Shown: piece after piece, positions 1 to 11,700 of the stretch
Layout of the letters: every line of letters begins with the position of its first letter
How positions within the stretch are numbered: position 1 is the first letter of the stretch
NCBI GenBank assembly: GCA_963666485.2
Contig: CAXXUO010000001.1
Coordinates: forward strand, 256,001 to 320,000
Length of the DNA stretch: 64,000 nucleotides
Origin: Syntrophorhabdaceae bacterium
Lineage (GTDB): Bacteria; Desulfobacterota; Syntrophorhabdia; Syntrophorhabdales; Syntrophorhabdaceae
Direction: 5' to 3'
The notes under the pieces: generated by a model
What the model was told of the DNA's origin: nothing
The model's input: only the letters and a program-made list of their open reading frames with translations
Databases searched by the model: none
Translations under genes and position numbers: made by a program

Positions 1-43
1 CATGCCTCAGGTACGCGGATTTTTCATTGACCAGCCTGTTCAT
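1..43 (-). CDS. 5' end of a thioredoxin-domain protein (YyaL/DUF255 family), runs off the window
   Basis: GGAGG RBS then ATG at 43; reads MNRLVNEKSAYLRH, matching the family N-terminus NRLxxEKSPYLxQHA; too short for the ORF track. Confidence 0.75.
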   Translation of the reverse strand, partial: MNRLVNEKSAYLRH

Positions 44-123
44 GCTTTATTGTCCTCCTGGAAATATGGTGACCACATACGCAGTATCAGCATAAATAAA
101 TAGGATGTCAATGATGAAAAGAC

Positions 124-210
124 CGTTCTACGTTCCGCGTTCTACGTTCTACGTCAAGAAAATACCCGGTTTGGTTTTTAACGTAGAACGTAGAACCTAG
201 AACGTAGAAC
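124..210. repeat. Inverted heptamer tandem arrays (CGTTCTA)x4 ... (TAGAACG)x4
   Basis: Arms at 124-154 and 181-210; the right arm contains the ahbD stop codon. Confidence 0.9.
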
Positions 211-1210
211 AATATGAACAAAGCGGTTCTGCTTCGAGAAAGTTCCCCGTCGCCTCGAAGGCGCGGGCACGGCATCCGCCGCAGATCTTTATGTAACGGC
301 ATCCGCCGCATTTGCCGCGATAGGATGATAGGTCGCGAAGGCTGCGGTATATTTCGGAGTCTTCCCAGACTTTTTGCACACCCTTCTCGCGCACGCTGCC
401 GCAGTTGATCTCGAGGTATCCGCAGGGCTGGGCCTCACCGCGGTGCGAGATGAACATGAAGCTTTTTCCCGCAAGGCAGCCGGCGCTTGAGGGGGTACCC
501 CCATCCTCGGTTACGATCCGATAATAATGCGGCGCGCAGGTGACTTTTATCTCGAGCTCATTTCGTGTTTCGATCCGGCGCAGATGATGCAGCACATCCT
601 CGTAATTACCGGCTGATAACTCTTTTCCTTTGAGTCCCCGGCCCCTTCCCACGGGGACGAGAAGGAAAACGTGCCAGGCAACGGCGCCGATCGATCGGGC
701 GAGCGAATATATGTCATCTATCTCATTGACATTAAGCGCGGTAACGGTTGTGTTGACCTGAAAAGGCAGACCTGCCTCCAGGAGAATGCGCGCGGCACGT
801 GTTACGGCATCGAAAGAGCCCGATACCCCGCGGAAAGAATCGTGGCTTTCCCGGTCCTTCCCGTCAATGCTGAGGCTCACCCTGCGTATCCCGGAGGCCC
901 TAAGCCGCGCCGCGATAGTTTCATCAAGGAGTGTCCCGTTGATGGCTATCACCATGCGCAGACCTTTTTTCTCCCCGTACTCGATAATGTCGAAAAGATC
1001 GGGCCTCATGAGCGGCTCGCCACCGGTGAGGATGACCGTCGGGGTGGAAAAACCCGTGATCTCATCGATGATCGTTCTGCACTCGGCGGTCGACAGCTCG
1101 CCCTCATGGGGGCCGTTGGCGGCCGAAGCGCGGCAATGGATACACGCGAGATTACAGTTGCGCGTGAGCTCCCACGCGACCATCCTTAAAGGGTATGTTC
1201 TTTCGCCCAT
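197..1210 (-). CDS. ahbD: Radical SAM heme b synthase AhbD (Fe-coproporphyrin III decarboxylase)
   Basis: WELTRNCNLACIHC (CxxxCxxC), SPASM cysteines CGGCRYIKICGGCRARA, ahbC-hemB context; start could be 1210 or 1216. Confidence 0.85.
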   Translation of the reverse strand: MGERTYPLRMVAWELTRNCNLACIHCRASAANGPHEGELSTAECRTIIDEITGFSTPTVILTGGEPLMRPDLFDIIEYGEKKGLRMVIAINGTLLDETIAARLRASGIRRVSLSIDGKDRESHDSFRGVSGSFDAVTRAARILLEAGLPFQVNTTVTALNVNEIDDIYSLARSIGAVAWHVFLLVPVGRGRGLKGKELSAGNYEDVLHHLRRIETRNELEIKVTCAPHYYRIVTEDGGTPSSAGCLAGKSFMFISHRGEAQPCGYLEINCGSVREKGVQKVWEDSEIYRSLRDLSSYRGKCGGCRYIKICGGCRARAFEATGNFLEAEPLCSYCSTF

Positions 1211-2172
1211 CTGCACAGGTCTTTCGCAAAATATGTGATCACTATATCGGCACCCGCACGCCGGATGCTCGTTGTCGACTCTAAGACGGCCCTCTTGTAA
1301 TCCAGCCAGCCTTTTTCGGCCGCGAGCTTTATCATGGCGTATTCACCGCTGACGCTGTATGCAGCGAGAGGGTAATCGAACCGTTCCCTCGCGCTCTTGA
1401 GAATATCGAGATAGAACAGGGCAGGCTTAACCATGATTATATCGGCGCCTTCCTCTATATCGAGTTCCATTTCCCTTAAGGCCTCGCGTGCATTCGGGGG
1501 GTCCATCTGGTAGGACTTGCGGTCGCCGAACTGCGGGGCCGATTCCGCCGCATCCCGGAACGGTCCGTAAAGGCATGACGCATACTTGGCAGAATATGCC
1601 ATGATCGGGACGTTGTAGTCCCCGTGGAGATCGAGGATCTCCCTCACCGCGTGTATCCTTCCATCCATCATGTCGGACGGCGCCACCATGTCGGCACCCG
1701 CGATAACGTGCGACAGGGCGCTGCGTGCAAGGAGTTTCACCGATTCATCGTTGTCGACGTACCCGTCCTTTATCACGCCGCAATGGCCATGGCTCGTATA
1801 TTCGCACATGCATACGTCGGTGATGACAAGGATGTCATCGCTGAAACGGCTTTTAATGCCCCGCACCGTGCGCTGGACGATCCCATTTTTATCATACGCA
1901 CCACTGCCGGTCTCGTCCTTTTTTTCGGGTATCCCGAATACCAGGATGGTCCGCACACCGGCTTTGAGGGCAACCTCGATCTCTCCCAGGACGCCATCCG
2001 GAGAAAACTGGCTGATGCCCGGCATGGACTCAACGGGCACTTCACGCTCGTTCATTTCCTTGACAAAGACGGGGTATACGAGCGCGTCCGGCGCGATCGC
2101 CGTCTCACGGACCATGCCCCTCAAGAGGTCATTTTTTCTCAGCCTTCTCGGTCGATGGGTGGGATAATACAT
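1186..2172 (-). CDS. hemB: Porphobilinogen synthase
   Basis: RPRRLR start, DVCMCEYTSHGHCG, APSDMMDGR, MVKPA motifs. Confidence 0.97.
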   Translation of the reverse strand: MYYPTHRPRRLRKNDLLRGMVRETAIAPDALVYPVFVKEMNEREVPVESMPGISQFSPDGVLGEIEVALKAGVRTILVFGIPEKKDETGSGAYDKNGIVQRTVRGIKSRFSDDILVITDVCMCEYTSHGHCGVIKDGYVDNDESVKLLARSALSHVIAGADMVAPSDMMDGRIHAVREILDLHGDYNVPIMAYSAKYASCLYGPFRDAAESAPQFGDRKSYQMDPPNAREALREMELDIEEGADIIMVKPALFYLDILKSARERFDYPLAAYSVSGEYAMIKLAAEKGWLDYKRAVLESTTSIRRAGADIVITYFAKDLCRWAKEHTL

Positions 2173-2212
2173 GGTACCCTCCTTAAAAGGACGTGGTATT
2201 CCCGGTCTTTTA

Positions 2213-3394
2213 TCACGCTATTTCAGTATCGGTCAGGTAGCATTGCGGGTCGTGCGCCCACAGGTCGCCCGCTGCCGCCTCCGCCCTGACACGGAAGTTG
2301 CCGGCACACACATCGAGCCACCTGCACCCGGCGCAGCGGCCGTGCACGTGTTTCTTCTTTTCCTTGAGCTTCGCCATGACCGGGTTTGCGAGGTCCGTCC
2401 AGATCGCGCTGAACGGGCGTTCCCGGACATTGCCGAAGCTTAAATGCCTCCAGAACTGATCGGCGTGAACATTGCCTTTTTCATCGATGCAGGCGATCCC
2501 GACCCCGGAGGAATTTCCCTCGTTCATCCTGAGAAGTTCGAGTACTTCGGACGCCCGCCGGGGATCTTCTTTAAGGAGTCTCAGGTAAATAAAAGGCCCG
2601 TCGGCGTGATTGTCCACGGTCAGGACCTCCGGCGAAAAACCCCTGTCAAAGAGGGATTTTGTCCGGTCCATGATAAGGTTCACGACGCGGCGGCTTTCCT
2701 CGTGGTCCAGATCTTCCTCGATAAGCTTTGATCCCCTGCCCGCATAAACAAGGTGATAAAAACAGATCCGCGGGATATTTTCCGTTTCCAGGAGATCGAA
2801 GATCTTCGGTATCTCCTCGACGTTCCTCTTGTTGATGGTGAAGCGAAGGCCCACTTTTATCCCCGCTTCGCGCGCGTTCCGGATCCCTTCGATCGCCTTC
2901 GCGAATGCCCCGGCAACCCCCCGGAATCTGTCATTGACCTCCTGCAAACCATCAAGGCTCACCCCGATGTACGACAGGTTGCACCGTGCAAAGACCCGCG
3001 CCTTGTCGGGCGTGATCAGCGTCCCGTTCGTCGATATAACGGCCCGCAATCCTTTCTTCACGGCATAGTCGATAAGGTCGGGAAGGTCTTCCCGGAGCAA
3101 CGGCTCGCCGCCCGAGAATAAAATGACCGGTGAACCGAAATTTGCCAGGTCATCGATGAGCGCCCTGCCCTCATCTGTCGACAGTTCGTCCCCTTTGTAA
3201 TTCTCATCTTGCGCAAATGCATAGCAGTGGACACAGCGGAGGTTGCACCTCCTCGTCATGTTCCAGACGACAACGGGTTTTTTATCGCGCGAGAACTGCA
3301 GGAGATGCGAGGGAAGCCGGGAGGAATCCCTGCCGTAGCGCAGCGGGTCCGATGCCTCGACCGCCCCGCAATAAAGCTTCGATATTCCGATCAT
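2213..3394 (-). CDS. ahbC: Radical SAM 12,18-didecarboxysiroheme deacetylase AhbC
   Basis: MIGISKLYCG start, CNLRCVHC, C-terminal SPASM domain; adjacent to hemB. Confidence 0.9.
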   Translation of the reverse strand: MIGISKLYCGAVEASDPLRYGRDSSRLPSHLLQFSRDKKPVVVWNMTRRCNLRCVHCYAFAQDENYKGDELSTDEGRALIDDLANFGSPVILFSGGEPLLREDLPDLIDYAVKKGLRAVISTNGTLITPDKARVFARCNLSYIGVSLDGLQEVNDRFRGVAGAFAKAIEGIRNAREAGIKVGLRFTINKRNVEEIPKIFDLLETENIPRICFYHLVYAGRGSKLIEEDLDHEESRRVVNLIMDRTKSLFDRGFSPEVLTVDNHADGPFIYLRLLKEDPRRASEVLELLRMNEGNSSGVGIACIDEKGNVHADQFWRHLSFGNVRERPFSAIWTDLANPVMAKLKEKKKHVHGRCAGCRWLDVCAGNFRVRAEAAAGDLWAHDPQCYLTDTEIA

Positions 3395-3464
3395 AACGTC
3401 ATATTGTGGCCTTAAAACGCCGAAAAGTCAACGGTGTACACCGCATGCAAACATCCCGTAATTA

Positions 3465-3493
3465 TTGAATTGAGATATTTTCTGTGCTATGCT
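3465..3493 (+). promoter_or_regulatory. Sigma70-type promoter for tRNA-Pro
   Basis: TTGAAT-17 bp-TATGCT with an extended -10 TG, 10 bp upstream of the tRNA. Confidence 0.55.
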
Positions 3494-3503
3494 TGACCCT
3501 GTT

Positions 3504-3582
3504 CGGGGCGTGGCGCAGCATGGTTTAGCGCGCTTGCCTTGGGAGCAAGAGGTCGCTGGTTCAAATCCAGTCGCCCCGACCA
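3504..3582 (+). tRNA. tRNA-Pro(UGG)
   Basis: CGGGGCG/CGCCCCG acceptor stem, CTTGC-CTTGGGA-GCAAG anticodon arm, GGTTCAAATCC T arm, encoded CCA. Confidence 0.97.
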
Positions 3583-3590
3583 TAAAAGAC

Positions 3591-3622
3591 CGTTCCACGT
3601 TCCACGTTTCAAAGTTCCACGT
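3591..3622. repeat. Degenerate heptamer array (CGTTCCA)x4
   Basis: Directly after the tRNA, preceded by AAAAGAC like the array at 124. Confidence 0.75.
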
Positions 3623-3969
3623 AAAGACAAAAAACTTAGGGCGCACGGCGGCCCCGTCTCCAGAACTTCTGGGGGGAACTGCTTGACGATACCTGCCGGC
3701 AAAACATCCGCAATGACGTAGATATGAGCGATCATGACTTTCCAGGTCCTCGCTTCCTTTGCTAAATCCCTTACATTTACATTGTTGACCTGTTGAATGA
3801 AATATAGGTTACAGAAGTTTGCCGTCAACGTTCCGGAAAGAGTGCGTGGGACCGTAAAAGGTCGCAGGGCAAGGCTTTCCGTCACCGGGCTGTTTGGGAT
3901 AGCGGCGGTAATTATTATAATGAAGTAGGACGAGATCTTTCCTGAGCGGGAGTTAAGGAGAAAACACGC

Positions 3970-4983
3970 ATGGATACTATTTACAGACTATTGTACACCA
4001 TCGGGTACCATCATCCGCTGCACCCCGCCATGACGCATATACCCGTCGGCCTCATTATCGGCGCATTCATCCTTGCCATCCTCAGCCTTGCATTCCATCG
4101 TGACAACATGGCCCGGGCGGCCAAATCCTGTGCCGTGATCGCCCTCGTATCCATCTTTCCCACAGCGTTCCTCGGTATAATGGACTGGCAGCATTATTTT
4201 GCCGGGGGATGGATCTATCCCGTCGAGATAAAGATCGTACTGGCATCGCTGCTTGTCATTATCCTTTGCATGGCCGCCATAATCCTGCGCAACGGGCCTG
4301 CATCGACTAAAGCCGTTGTCATGTGCGGGTTGTCCTCCCTGATCGCGCTGGGGCTGGGTTATTTCGGAGGGCAGCTCGTATACACGGGCAGGGTCCCGGC
4401 GGCATCGCCGGGGTTTGAAAAAGGGGCGTACCTGTTCCGTGCGAACTGCAGCGGCTGCCATCCCTATGGCGGCAACATCGTGGACCGCGATGCTATTCTC
4501 ACCGGATCGCCCGAGTTAAGGGACCTCAAGGCATTCGTCCGTTTTATCAGGGACCCGCGCCTGGACAATGGTAAAAGGGGACCCATGCCCGTTTTCACAC
4601 GATCGAGGATCCCGGATGCCGAGGCGCAGGTTTTATGGGCCTATCTTTCGGACGCCGTGGGACCTAAGAAAGGGGTCCCGGGTGAAGTGCAGGTACCCGA
4701 CATCACGGTCAGGACCGCTTCCGGAAGCGTTAAAAACGGGGCAAAACTCTTCAAAGCAAATTGCAGCGGATGCCACACTGTCGAAAGCACCGAAACCATC
4801 ATCGGGCCGGGGTTGAAAGGTATACTAAAGAGGCAATTATTACCTGTAAGCGGCCGCCCGGCCTCGCCGGCCAACATCTATCGCCAGTTAAAGGCCCCGT
4901 ATAAAGAGATGCCATCTTTCTCAACAAAATTGACCGACGACCAGGTACTGGATATTATTGCGTATTTAAATACCCTGTCATGA
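3970..4983 (+). CDS. Membrane protein (DUF2231-like N-terminus) fused to two cytochrome c domains
   Basis: HPLHPAMTHIPVG plus ~4 TM helices, two CSGCH heme motifs with distal Met (GPMP, EMP); AGGAG RBS. Confidence 0.85.
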   Translation: MDTIYRLLYTIGYHHPLHPAMTHIPVGLIIGAFILAILSLAFHRDNMARAAKSCAVIALVSIFPTAFLGIMDWQHYFAGGWIYPVEIKIVLASLLVIILCMAAIILRNGPASTKAVVMCGLSSLIALGLGYFGGQLVYTGRVPAASPGFEKGAYLFRANCSGCHPYGGNIVDRDAILTGSPELRDLKAFVRFIRDPRLDNGKRGPMPVFTRSRIPDAEAQVLWAYLSDAVGPKKGVPGEVQVPDITVRTASGSVKNGAKLFKANCSGCHTVESTETIIGPGLKGILKRQLLPVSGRPASPANIYRQLKAPYKEMPSFSTKLTDDQVLDIIAYLNTLS

Positions 4984-5016
4984 GGGGGGTAGGCAGGCCC
5001 CTTTCTTGCTTTTGCG

Positions 5017-5043
5017 TTGAACGGTTGAACGGTTGAACGGTTT
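5017..5043. repeat. Octamer tandem repeat (GTTGAACG)x3
   Basis: Lies between convergent stop codons. Confidence 0.8.
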
Positions 5044-5044
5044 T

Positions 5045-5698
5045 TTAATCTATCCAGTGCACGAAGTTGCTGACATCATCCCTTGGCGAGGTAAATTCAT
5101 TGATCGGGACCGAGTCATCACGGTAGCCGAGGGCAAGGCCGATGACGACGTCCTTATTGTCGGGGATGTTGAGCATGTCTTTGATGTCGTCCTCATAGGC
5201 ATTAATGAGCCCGATGGGGCATGTTGAAAAACCGAAATTGTGCGCGATCAGGACAAAATATCCGAGCGCTATGCCGATATCGACGAGGCGCGCCTCGGAG
5301 AACGCGTTGTCAAGGCACATGATGACCGCCGTGGGCGCACCGTAGAAGTTGCAGCTTCCCTCGTTAACGAAGCAGTTGAAATCAATTCCCATCTTTTCAA
5401 GGTACGGGTTCATCAATATGAAGGATTCGGCCCCTCTTTTGTTGAATTCGGCAGAAAGCGGCTTGACATTGCCGGGACTGCAGGATATCTGTTTCTCCCG
5501 GTAAAGCTTTACCAGGCGGCGGCTTAACCGTGCCTTTTCCTCACCCATGACAACGTAGAATTCCCAGGGCTGGAGATTGATGGCGGAGGGAGCGCGGACG
5601 ACCAGTTTGAGCATTTCCTCTATCTGTTCCCTGCTGACAGGGTCGGGCTTGAACCCCCTGATGCTTTTTCTCGTTCTTATTGCTTCAAGCAGGTCCAT
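5045..5698 (-). CDS. Nitroreductase family protein
   Basis: RKSIRGF, APSAINLQPW motifs; GGAGG RBS before the ATG at 5698. Confidence 0.9.
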   Translation of the reverse strand: MDLLEAIRTRKSIRGFKPDPVSREQIEEMLKLVVRAPSAINLQPWEFYVVMGEEKARLSRRLVKLYREKQISCSPGNVKPLSAEFNKRGAESFILMNPYLEKMGIDFNCFVNEGSCNFYGAPTAVIMCLDNAFSEARLVDIGIALGYFVLIAHNFGFSTCPIGLINAYEDDIKDMLNIPDNKDVVIGLALGYRDDSVPINEFTSPRDDVSNFVHWID

Positions 5699-5730
5699 TG
5701 ATGACCTCCTCCAGGTTGATGTGCTCAATT

Positions 5731-6429
5731 TTACACTGCAAATTCCGTCTCCCTCTTCGACACTGTGAGTATATCCCGATGAATGATCCTTCCGTACTCA
5801 TTGACAAGAATGCTCTCCGCCAGGTCCCTGACCACCTGTTCGCACAGCCAGGAGGGCAGACCGTCCATCACATGGACCGTAAGCATCGCGATGGTAGTGT
5901 CGCTCTCTAACCGGTCCTTGTTCGAATGTTTCCACACCCACCGCCGGGTCAATGCCTCTCTCTCATCCCTGTAGATGACTTCGTCCTTTTCCGCTGTTTC
6001 CTGTTCCCCCATATCGATCGGCACGAAGGTCTCTGTCCCGTCGGAAAATGTCAGGCGGATGTCGCCGTCGACCGCATTGATCGCGTGGCCGCCGATAGGG
6101 ACAAGATATTTCAGGGACAGGGCATTGCAAAGATCCATGATCGGGTTGAAGCGGGGGAAAGGCCCGCCTTTCAGTGCACGCCGGAGCAGGGATTCGAGAG
6201 AACTGGGATACTTCGACAGGGAGATCCCCATTTTTTTATAGGCTTCACGCCAGGCCTTTACGTTCGGGTGGTCCTGCGGCCTTTCAAAAGAGAAATGGAC
6301 TGTCAGATCGTCTACGACATCTTCCAGCCCATCTTCTCCGTACCTTATATTATCGATCTCACAAACAATCACACCGACCTGCAATGCAGGAAAAAGGCTG
6401 AAGAGCCTTTCATCGATGGTGAAGAACAT
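5731..6429 (-). CDS. B3/4 domain protein (stand-alone tRNA-editing/PheT B3-4-like)
   Basis: WREAYKKMG, SSLESLLRR, NPIMDLCNALSL, TRRWVWK motifs; start overlaps the atpC stop. Confidence 0.8.
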   Translation of the reverse strand: MFFTIDERLFSLFPALQVGVIVCEIDNIRYGEDGLEDVVDDLTVHFSFERPQDHPNVKAWREAYKKMGISLSKYPSSLESLLRRALKGGPFPRFNPIMDLCNALSLKYLVPIGGHAINAVDGDIRLTFSDGTETFVPIDMGEQETAEKDEVIYRDEREALTRRWVWKHSNKDRLESDTTIAMLTVHVMDGLPSWLCEQVVRDLAESILVNEYGRIIHRDILTVSKRETEFAV

Positions 6430-6830
6430 TATAATTTTTTGCCAGCTACGCCAATTCGGGCTATAGCCCGAAGAAGAGCCATTTCCATCATCTTATATTC
6501 TGCCTGGTCGTAGGTCAGGGATTTCAGCAGTTCTTCGGCTCTCTCCTGCGCCTTCTTTGCCCGTATGACATCAATGTCCTGCGCGCGTTCAGCCGTATCG
6601 ACAAGCAGGGTGACCTTATCCTCGACGACCTCGGCAAACCCGCCGCTTGACGCCAGGTAGACGGTCTCGTTACCCTTCTTGTACCGTATTTCGCCTATTT
6701 TAAGGACAGTAAGGAACTGCGTGTGGCCGGGCATGATGCCGAATTCGCCTTCAGTGCCGGTGGCCTCCAACACATCGACCTCGTCCTTGACAATTGTCTT
6801 CTCAGGGGTAACTATCTCAAGACTGAGCAT
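6429..6830 (-). CDS. atpC: ATP synthase F1 epsilon subunit
   Basis: LEIVTPE, GEFGIMPGH; position in operon. Confidence 0.95.
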   Translation of the reverse strand: MLSLEIVTPEKTIVKDEVDVLEATGTEGEFGIMPGHTQFLTVLKIGEIRYKKGNETVYLASSGGFAEVVEDKVTLLVDTAERAQDIDVIRAKKAQERAEELLKSLTYDQAEYKMMEMALLRAIARIGVAGKKL

Positions 6831-6833
6831 GTA

Positions 6834-8255
<1,422 letters not shown>

Positions 8256-8272
8256 CTATCTTCCTCCTTGGA

Positions 8273-9133
8273 TTATTGGCCTCGTAACGCCTCGGCGCCG
8301 CCGACGATGTCCAGCATCTCGTTGGTTATGCCTTCCTGACGTCTCTTATTGTAAACCAGGGTGAGGTACCTGACCATTTCACCGCAGTTGCTCGTCGCAT
8401 TTTCCATTGCGCTCATCCGGGCCGCATGTTCGGATGTCTGGGACTCGACCAGGGCATAATATATCTTTGTACTGATGTACCGCGGAATGAGAGTGCCGAC
8501 AATTTCCGTGCGTGCCGGTTCGCTGATGTAATCGATGTATTCCAGGTCCTCGGGCGTCTTGATGGGGATGAACTCATCAAAGACCACGCGCTGCTTTACC
8601 GCGGATTCAAAGTACGTATAGGAAAGGTAAACCTTATCAAATTCCCCGGTCAGGTATAATTCGATGATATCTGCCGCAACGACATCGACCAGGTCCTGGT
8701 CCACCTTCTTGACGTCGACCCAGTCTTTAACGATGTCGTGTTTCCTCTTGGCGAGGTAATCGCGGATCTTCCGCCCGAAGACATAGACCCCGATCCTTTC
8801 ATAATTCGGATGATTCATCCGTACGAAATTCTCCGCTGCCAGGGAAACGTTAACGTTGAAGCCGCCGCAGAGCCCGCGGTCCGACCCGATCGAAACAATG
8901 AGGACCTTCTTGATCTCTTCCCGCGTGGCGAGAAGCGGATGGGCGTCCTCGGGCATGTTCATGACGACCCTGCCCGTCAATTCTTCCATCTTGATCGCGT
9001 AGTCCTTGATCTTCTCGAGGTCGGTCTGGGCGCGCCTGAGCTTCGAGGCGGAGACCATCTTCATGGTCCTCGTGATGGTCTGCGTGCTGTTGACGCTGCT
9101 TATCTTGCGTTTTATCTCTCGTAACGTGGCCAC
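8273..9133 (-). CDS. atpG: ATP synthase F1 gamma subunit
   Basis: ITRTMKMVS, DRGLCGGFN, RQEGITNEM; GTG start. Confidence 0.97.
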   Translation of the reverse strand: MATLREIKRKISSVNSTQTITRTMKMVSASKLRRAQTDLEKIKDYAIKMEELTGRVVMNMPEDAHPLLATREEIKKVLIVSIGSDRGLCGGFNVNVSLAAENFVRMNHPNYERIGVYVFGRKIRDYLAKRKHDIVKDWVDVKKVDQDLVDVVAADIIELYLTGEFDKVYLSYTYFESAVKQRVVFDEFIPIKTPEDLEYIDYISEPARTEIVGTLIPRYISTKIYYALVESQTSEHAARMSAMENATSNCGEMVRYLTLVYNKRRQEGITNEMLDIVGGAEALRGQ

Positions 9134-9152
9134 TTAAAGCTCCCTTACTCGA

Positions 9153-10661
9153 TTAATAGGTGAATCCGTCTCTGAACTCGCTCAGTAATTTCTGGAGTTT
9201 TTCTTCGATCGACGCATCGATGGCCTTCTTCTCCTCGATCTCCTTCAATGCTGCGCCGCCCTTGGAATCGAGGAAACGTGAAAGTTCGGCCTCGTATTTC
9301 TTCAGTGAGCTTTCCGGGTACGTATCGATGAACCCATTTGCCGCCGCATACAGCAGAACGATCTGTTTCTCCACGGGGATCGGCACATACTGTCCCTGTT
9401 TGAAAAGCTCGGTCAGCCGTGAACCGCGGGCGAGCAATGCCTGGGTCGCCTTGTCGAGGTCGCTGCCGAATTTTGCAAAAGCGGCCATTTCGCGGTATTG
9501 GGCCATTTCCAGCCTGAGTTTACCGGCAACCTGCTTCATTGCCTTGATCTGTGCGTTGCCGCCGACGCGGGATACGGAGATACCGACGTTGATGGCGGGA
9601 CGGACACCGGCGTAGAACAACTCCGGTTCGAGGTATATCTGGCCGTCGGTGATCGAGATGACATTCGTGGGAATGTAAGCGGACACGTCGCCGGCCTGTG
9701 TTTCGATGATGGGAAGTGATGTCAGGGAGCCGCCGCCATGGGCGTCGTCCCATTTCGCGGACCGCTCGAGGAGGCGTGAATGCAGATAGAAGATGTCGCC
9801 CGGATACGCCTCACGTCCCGGGGGCCGCCTGAGCAGGAGTGCCAGCTGGCGGTATGCAACGGCGTGCTTTGACAGGTCATCGTAGACGATGAGGGCATGT
9901 TTCCCGTTGTCCCTGAAGTACTCGCCCATGGCCGTTCCTGAAAAGGGTGCCAGGAACTGCAGGGGGGCGGAGTCGCTTGCCGTGGCTGCGACGATCGTTG
10001 TGTATTCCATTGCGCCGTGCTCTGTCAGAAGGTCGACGATCCTCGCTACGGAGAATCTCTTCTGGCCGATGGCGACATATATACAGAAAACGCCTTTGCC
10101 TTTCTGATTGATGATGGTGTCAAGGGCTACGACCGTCTTGCCGGTTCCGCGGTCGCCGATGATGAGCTCCCTCTGGCCCCTTCCGATGGGGATCAGTGCG
10201 TCGACCTCTTTGATGCCGGTCTGGAGCGGCTCTTTCACGGGCTGGCGGACGACGACGCCCGGAGCGACCTGTTCGACGGGGCGGAATTCCTTCGTGTCGA
10301 TCGGGCCTTTGCCGTCTATGGGGTTTCCAAGGGCGTCCACGACCCTGCCGACCAGTGCCTCACCGACGGGGACCTGGGCGATCTTCCCGGTCCTCTTGGC
10401 CAGGTCGCCTTCCTTGATCTTATAGTCTTCGCCGAAGATAACGGCGCCGATGTTGTCTTCTTCGAGGTTCTGGACCATGCCCGTGATGCCGTGGGGCAGC
10501 TCGAGAAGCTCGCCGGCCATGGCATTCTCAAGTCCGTAGATCCTTGCGATACCATCGCCTACCGTCATGATGACACCGGTTTCCTGGAGGTCGATCTCCT
10601 TCTCGAAGCCCGATATCTTCTGCTCTATAATCCTGCTTATTTCGTCGGCCCTGATCTCCAT
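9153..10661 (-). CDS. atpA: ATP synthase F1 alpha subunit
   Basis: [20 protein letters not shown] motifs. Confidence 0.98.
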   Translation of the reverse strand: MEIRADEISRIIEQKISGFEKEIDLQETGVIMTVGDGIARIYGLENAMAGELLELPHGITGMVQNLEEDNIGAVIFGEDYKIKEGDLAKRTGKIAQVPVGEALVGRVVDALGNPIDGKGPIDTKEFRPVEQVAPGVVVRQPVKEPLQTGIKEVDALIPIGRGQRELIIGDRGTGKTVVALDTIINQKGKGVFCIYVAIGQKRFSVARIVDLLTEHGAMEYTTIVAATASDSAPLQFLAPFSGTAMGEYFRDNGKHALIVYDDLSKHAVAYRQLALLLRRPPGREAYPGDIFYLHSRLLERSAKWDDAHGGGSLTSLPIIETQAGDVSAYIPTNVISITDGQIYLEPELFYAGVRPAINVGISVSRVGGNAQIKAMKQVAGKLRLEMAQYREMAAFAKFGSDLDKATQALLARGSRLTELFKQGQYVPIPVEKQIVLLYAAANGFIDTYPESSLKKYEAELSRFLDSKGGAALKEIEEKKAIDASIEEKLQKLLSEFRDGFTY

Positions 10662-10666
10662 AGACA

Positions 10667-11209
10667 CTACTCCTTCAGTATATTTTCCTGCAGTGTATGC
10701 AGCTGTCTTTTGACGCTACCGTCGATGATGGTCCCTTTAATGGCCACCTTGACGCCCCCAATGAGACTTTTGTCTTCCTTTACGGCGAGACTGACCTGCT
10801 TGTTGAGCTTTGCTCCCAGTTCCTTCTCTATGTTTCCCCTGACGTCGTCGCTGACAGGAAATGCGGAGAAGAGCGTACCCTTTATCCTTCCTTCCTTTTC
10901 ATCGACGAGGTCATTGTAGACGTCGCGGATGAGGTTTAAATAACCCATCCTGTTCTTCTCTAAAAGCATGGTGAACATGCTGGCAAGAGGAGACGAGATC
11001 TGAAGCGACTTCATAACGTCGCTCAAGACTTCCTTACGTTTCTCCACTTCGACGAGAGGAAGGACGATCGCCCTTTTCAGGCGCTCTTCCTTGTCGAAAA
11101 CACTCAGGATACCTTCGATCTCCGCCTGGTATTCCTTGTATTTCCCGTTCTTCTCACCAACGTTGAACAGACCCTTTGCATATCTTTTGGCGATGGATTG
11201 GCTTATCAA
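10667..11209 (-). CDS. atpH: ATP synthase delta subunit
   Basis: [23 protein letters not shown] start. Confidence 0.93.
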   Translation of the reverse strand: MISQSIAKRYAKGLFNVGEKNGKYKEYQAEIEGILSVFDKEERLKRAIVLPLVEVEKRKEVLSDVMKSLQISSPLASMFTMLLEKNRMGYLNLIRDVYNDLVDEKEGRIKGTLFSAFPVSDDVRGNIEKELGAKLNKQVSLAVKEDKSLIGGVKVAIKGTIIDGSVKRQLHTLQENILKE

Positions 11210-11700
11210 TTCATGCTCCTCAGTTTGACAATGAACTCCTCAACCAGTTTATCGTGGTCCGACTGGGTTATCTTCTCGGTAATGAGCTGCTCCGCTTTTT
11301 CCATTGTAAGGCGGGAGATCTCTTCCTTGATCCTGCGGGCCATGTCCTTGTTTTCCTGTTCGGCGGTCAGGCGTGCCTGCTCGCGGATCCTTTCGGCGAA
11401 GGCGTGGGCCTCTTCGATTATCTTCTTCTTCTCGGCCTCTGCTTCCTGCAGTGTCTGTTTCTTGAAGACCTCTATCTCACCATCCAGCTTGTCGAGCCGT
11501 GCCTGGTACTGGGCCCGCAGTTCCTGCGCGTCTTTCAGGACCTTCTCGGTCTCTTCGAGCTGGGTCTTTACGGTGTTATGACGTTTTGCGAGGTACGCTT
11601 TCAGCGGTTTCCCCACAAAATAGATAAGCAATCCGACTAATACAAAGAAGTTAAAGAACTTGAGGATTAAACTCCAGGCTGATTCTCCACCGGGTGCCAT
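11206..11700 (-). CDS. atpF: ATP synthase F0 b subunit
   Basis: Single N-terminal TM helix plus charged coiled coil; position in operon. Confidence 0.88.
   Translation of the reverse strand: MAPGGESAWSLILKFFNFFVLVGLLIYFVGKPLKAYLAKRHNTVKTQLEETEKVLKDAQELRAQYQARLDKLDGEIEVFKKQTLQEAEAEKKKIIEEAHAFAERIREQARLTAEQENKDMARRIKEEISRLTMEKAEQLITEKITQSDHDKLVEEFIVKLRSMN

Noticed and set aside
3428..3885. Short ORFs overlapping tRNA-Pro
   Set aside because: Explained by the tRNA and repeat sequence
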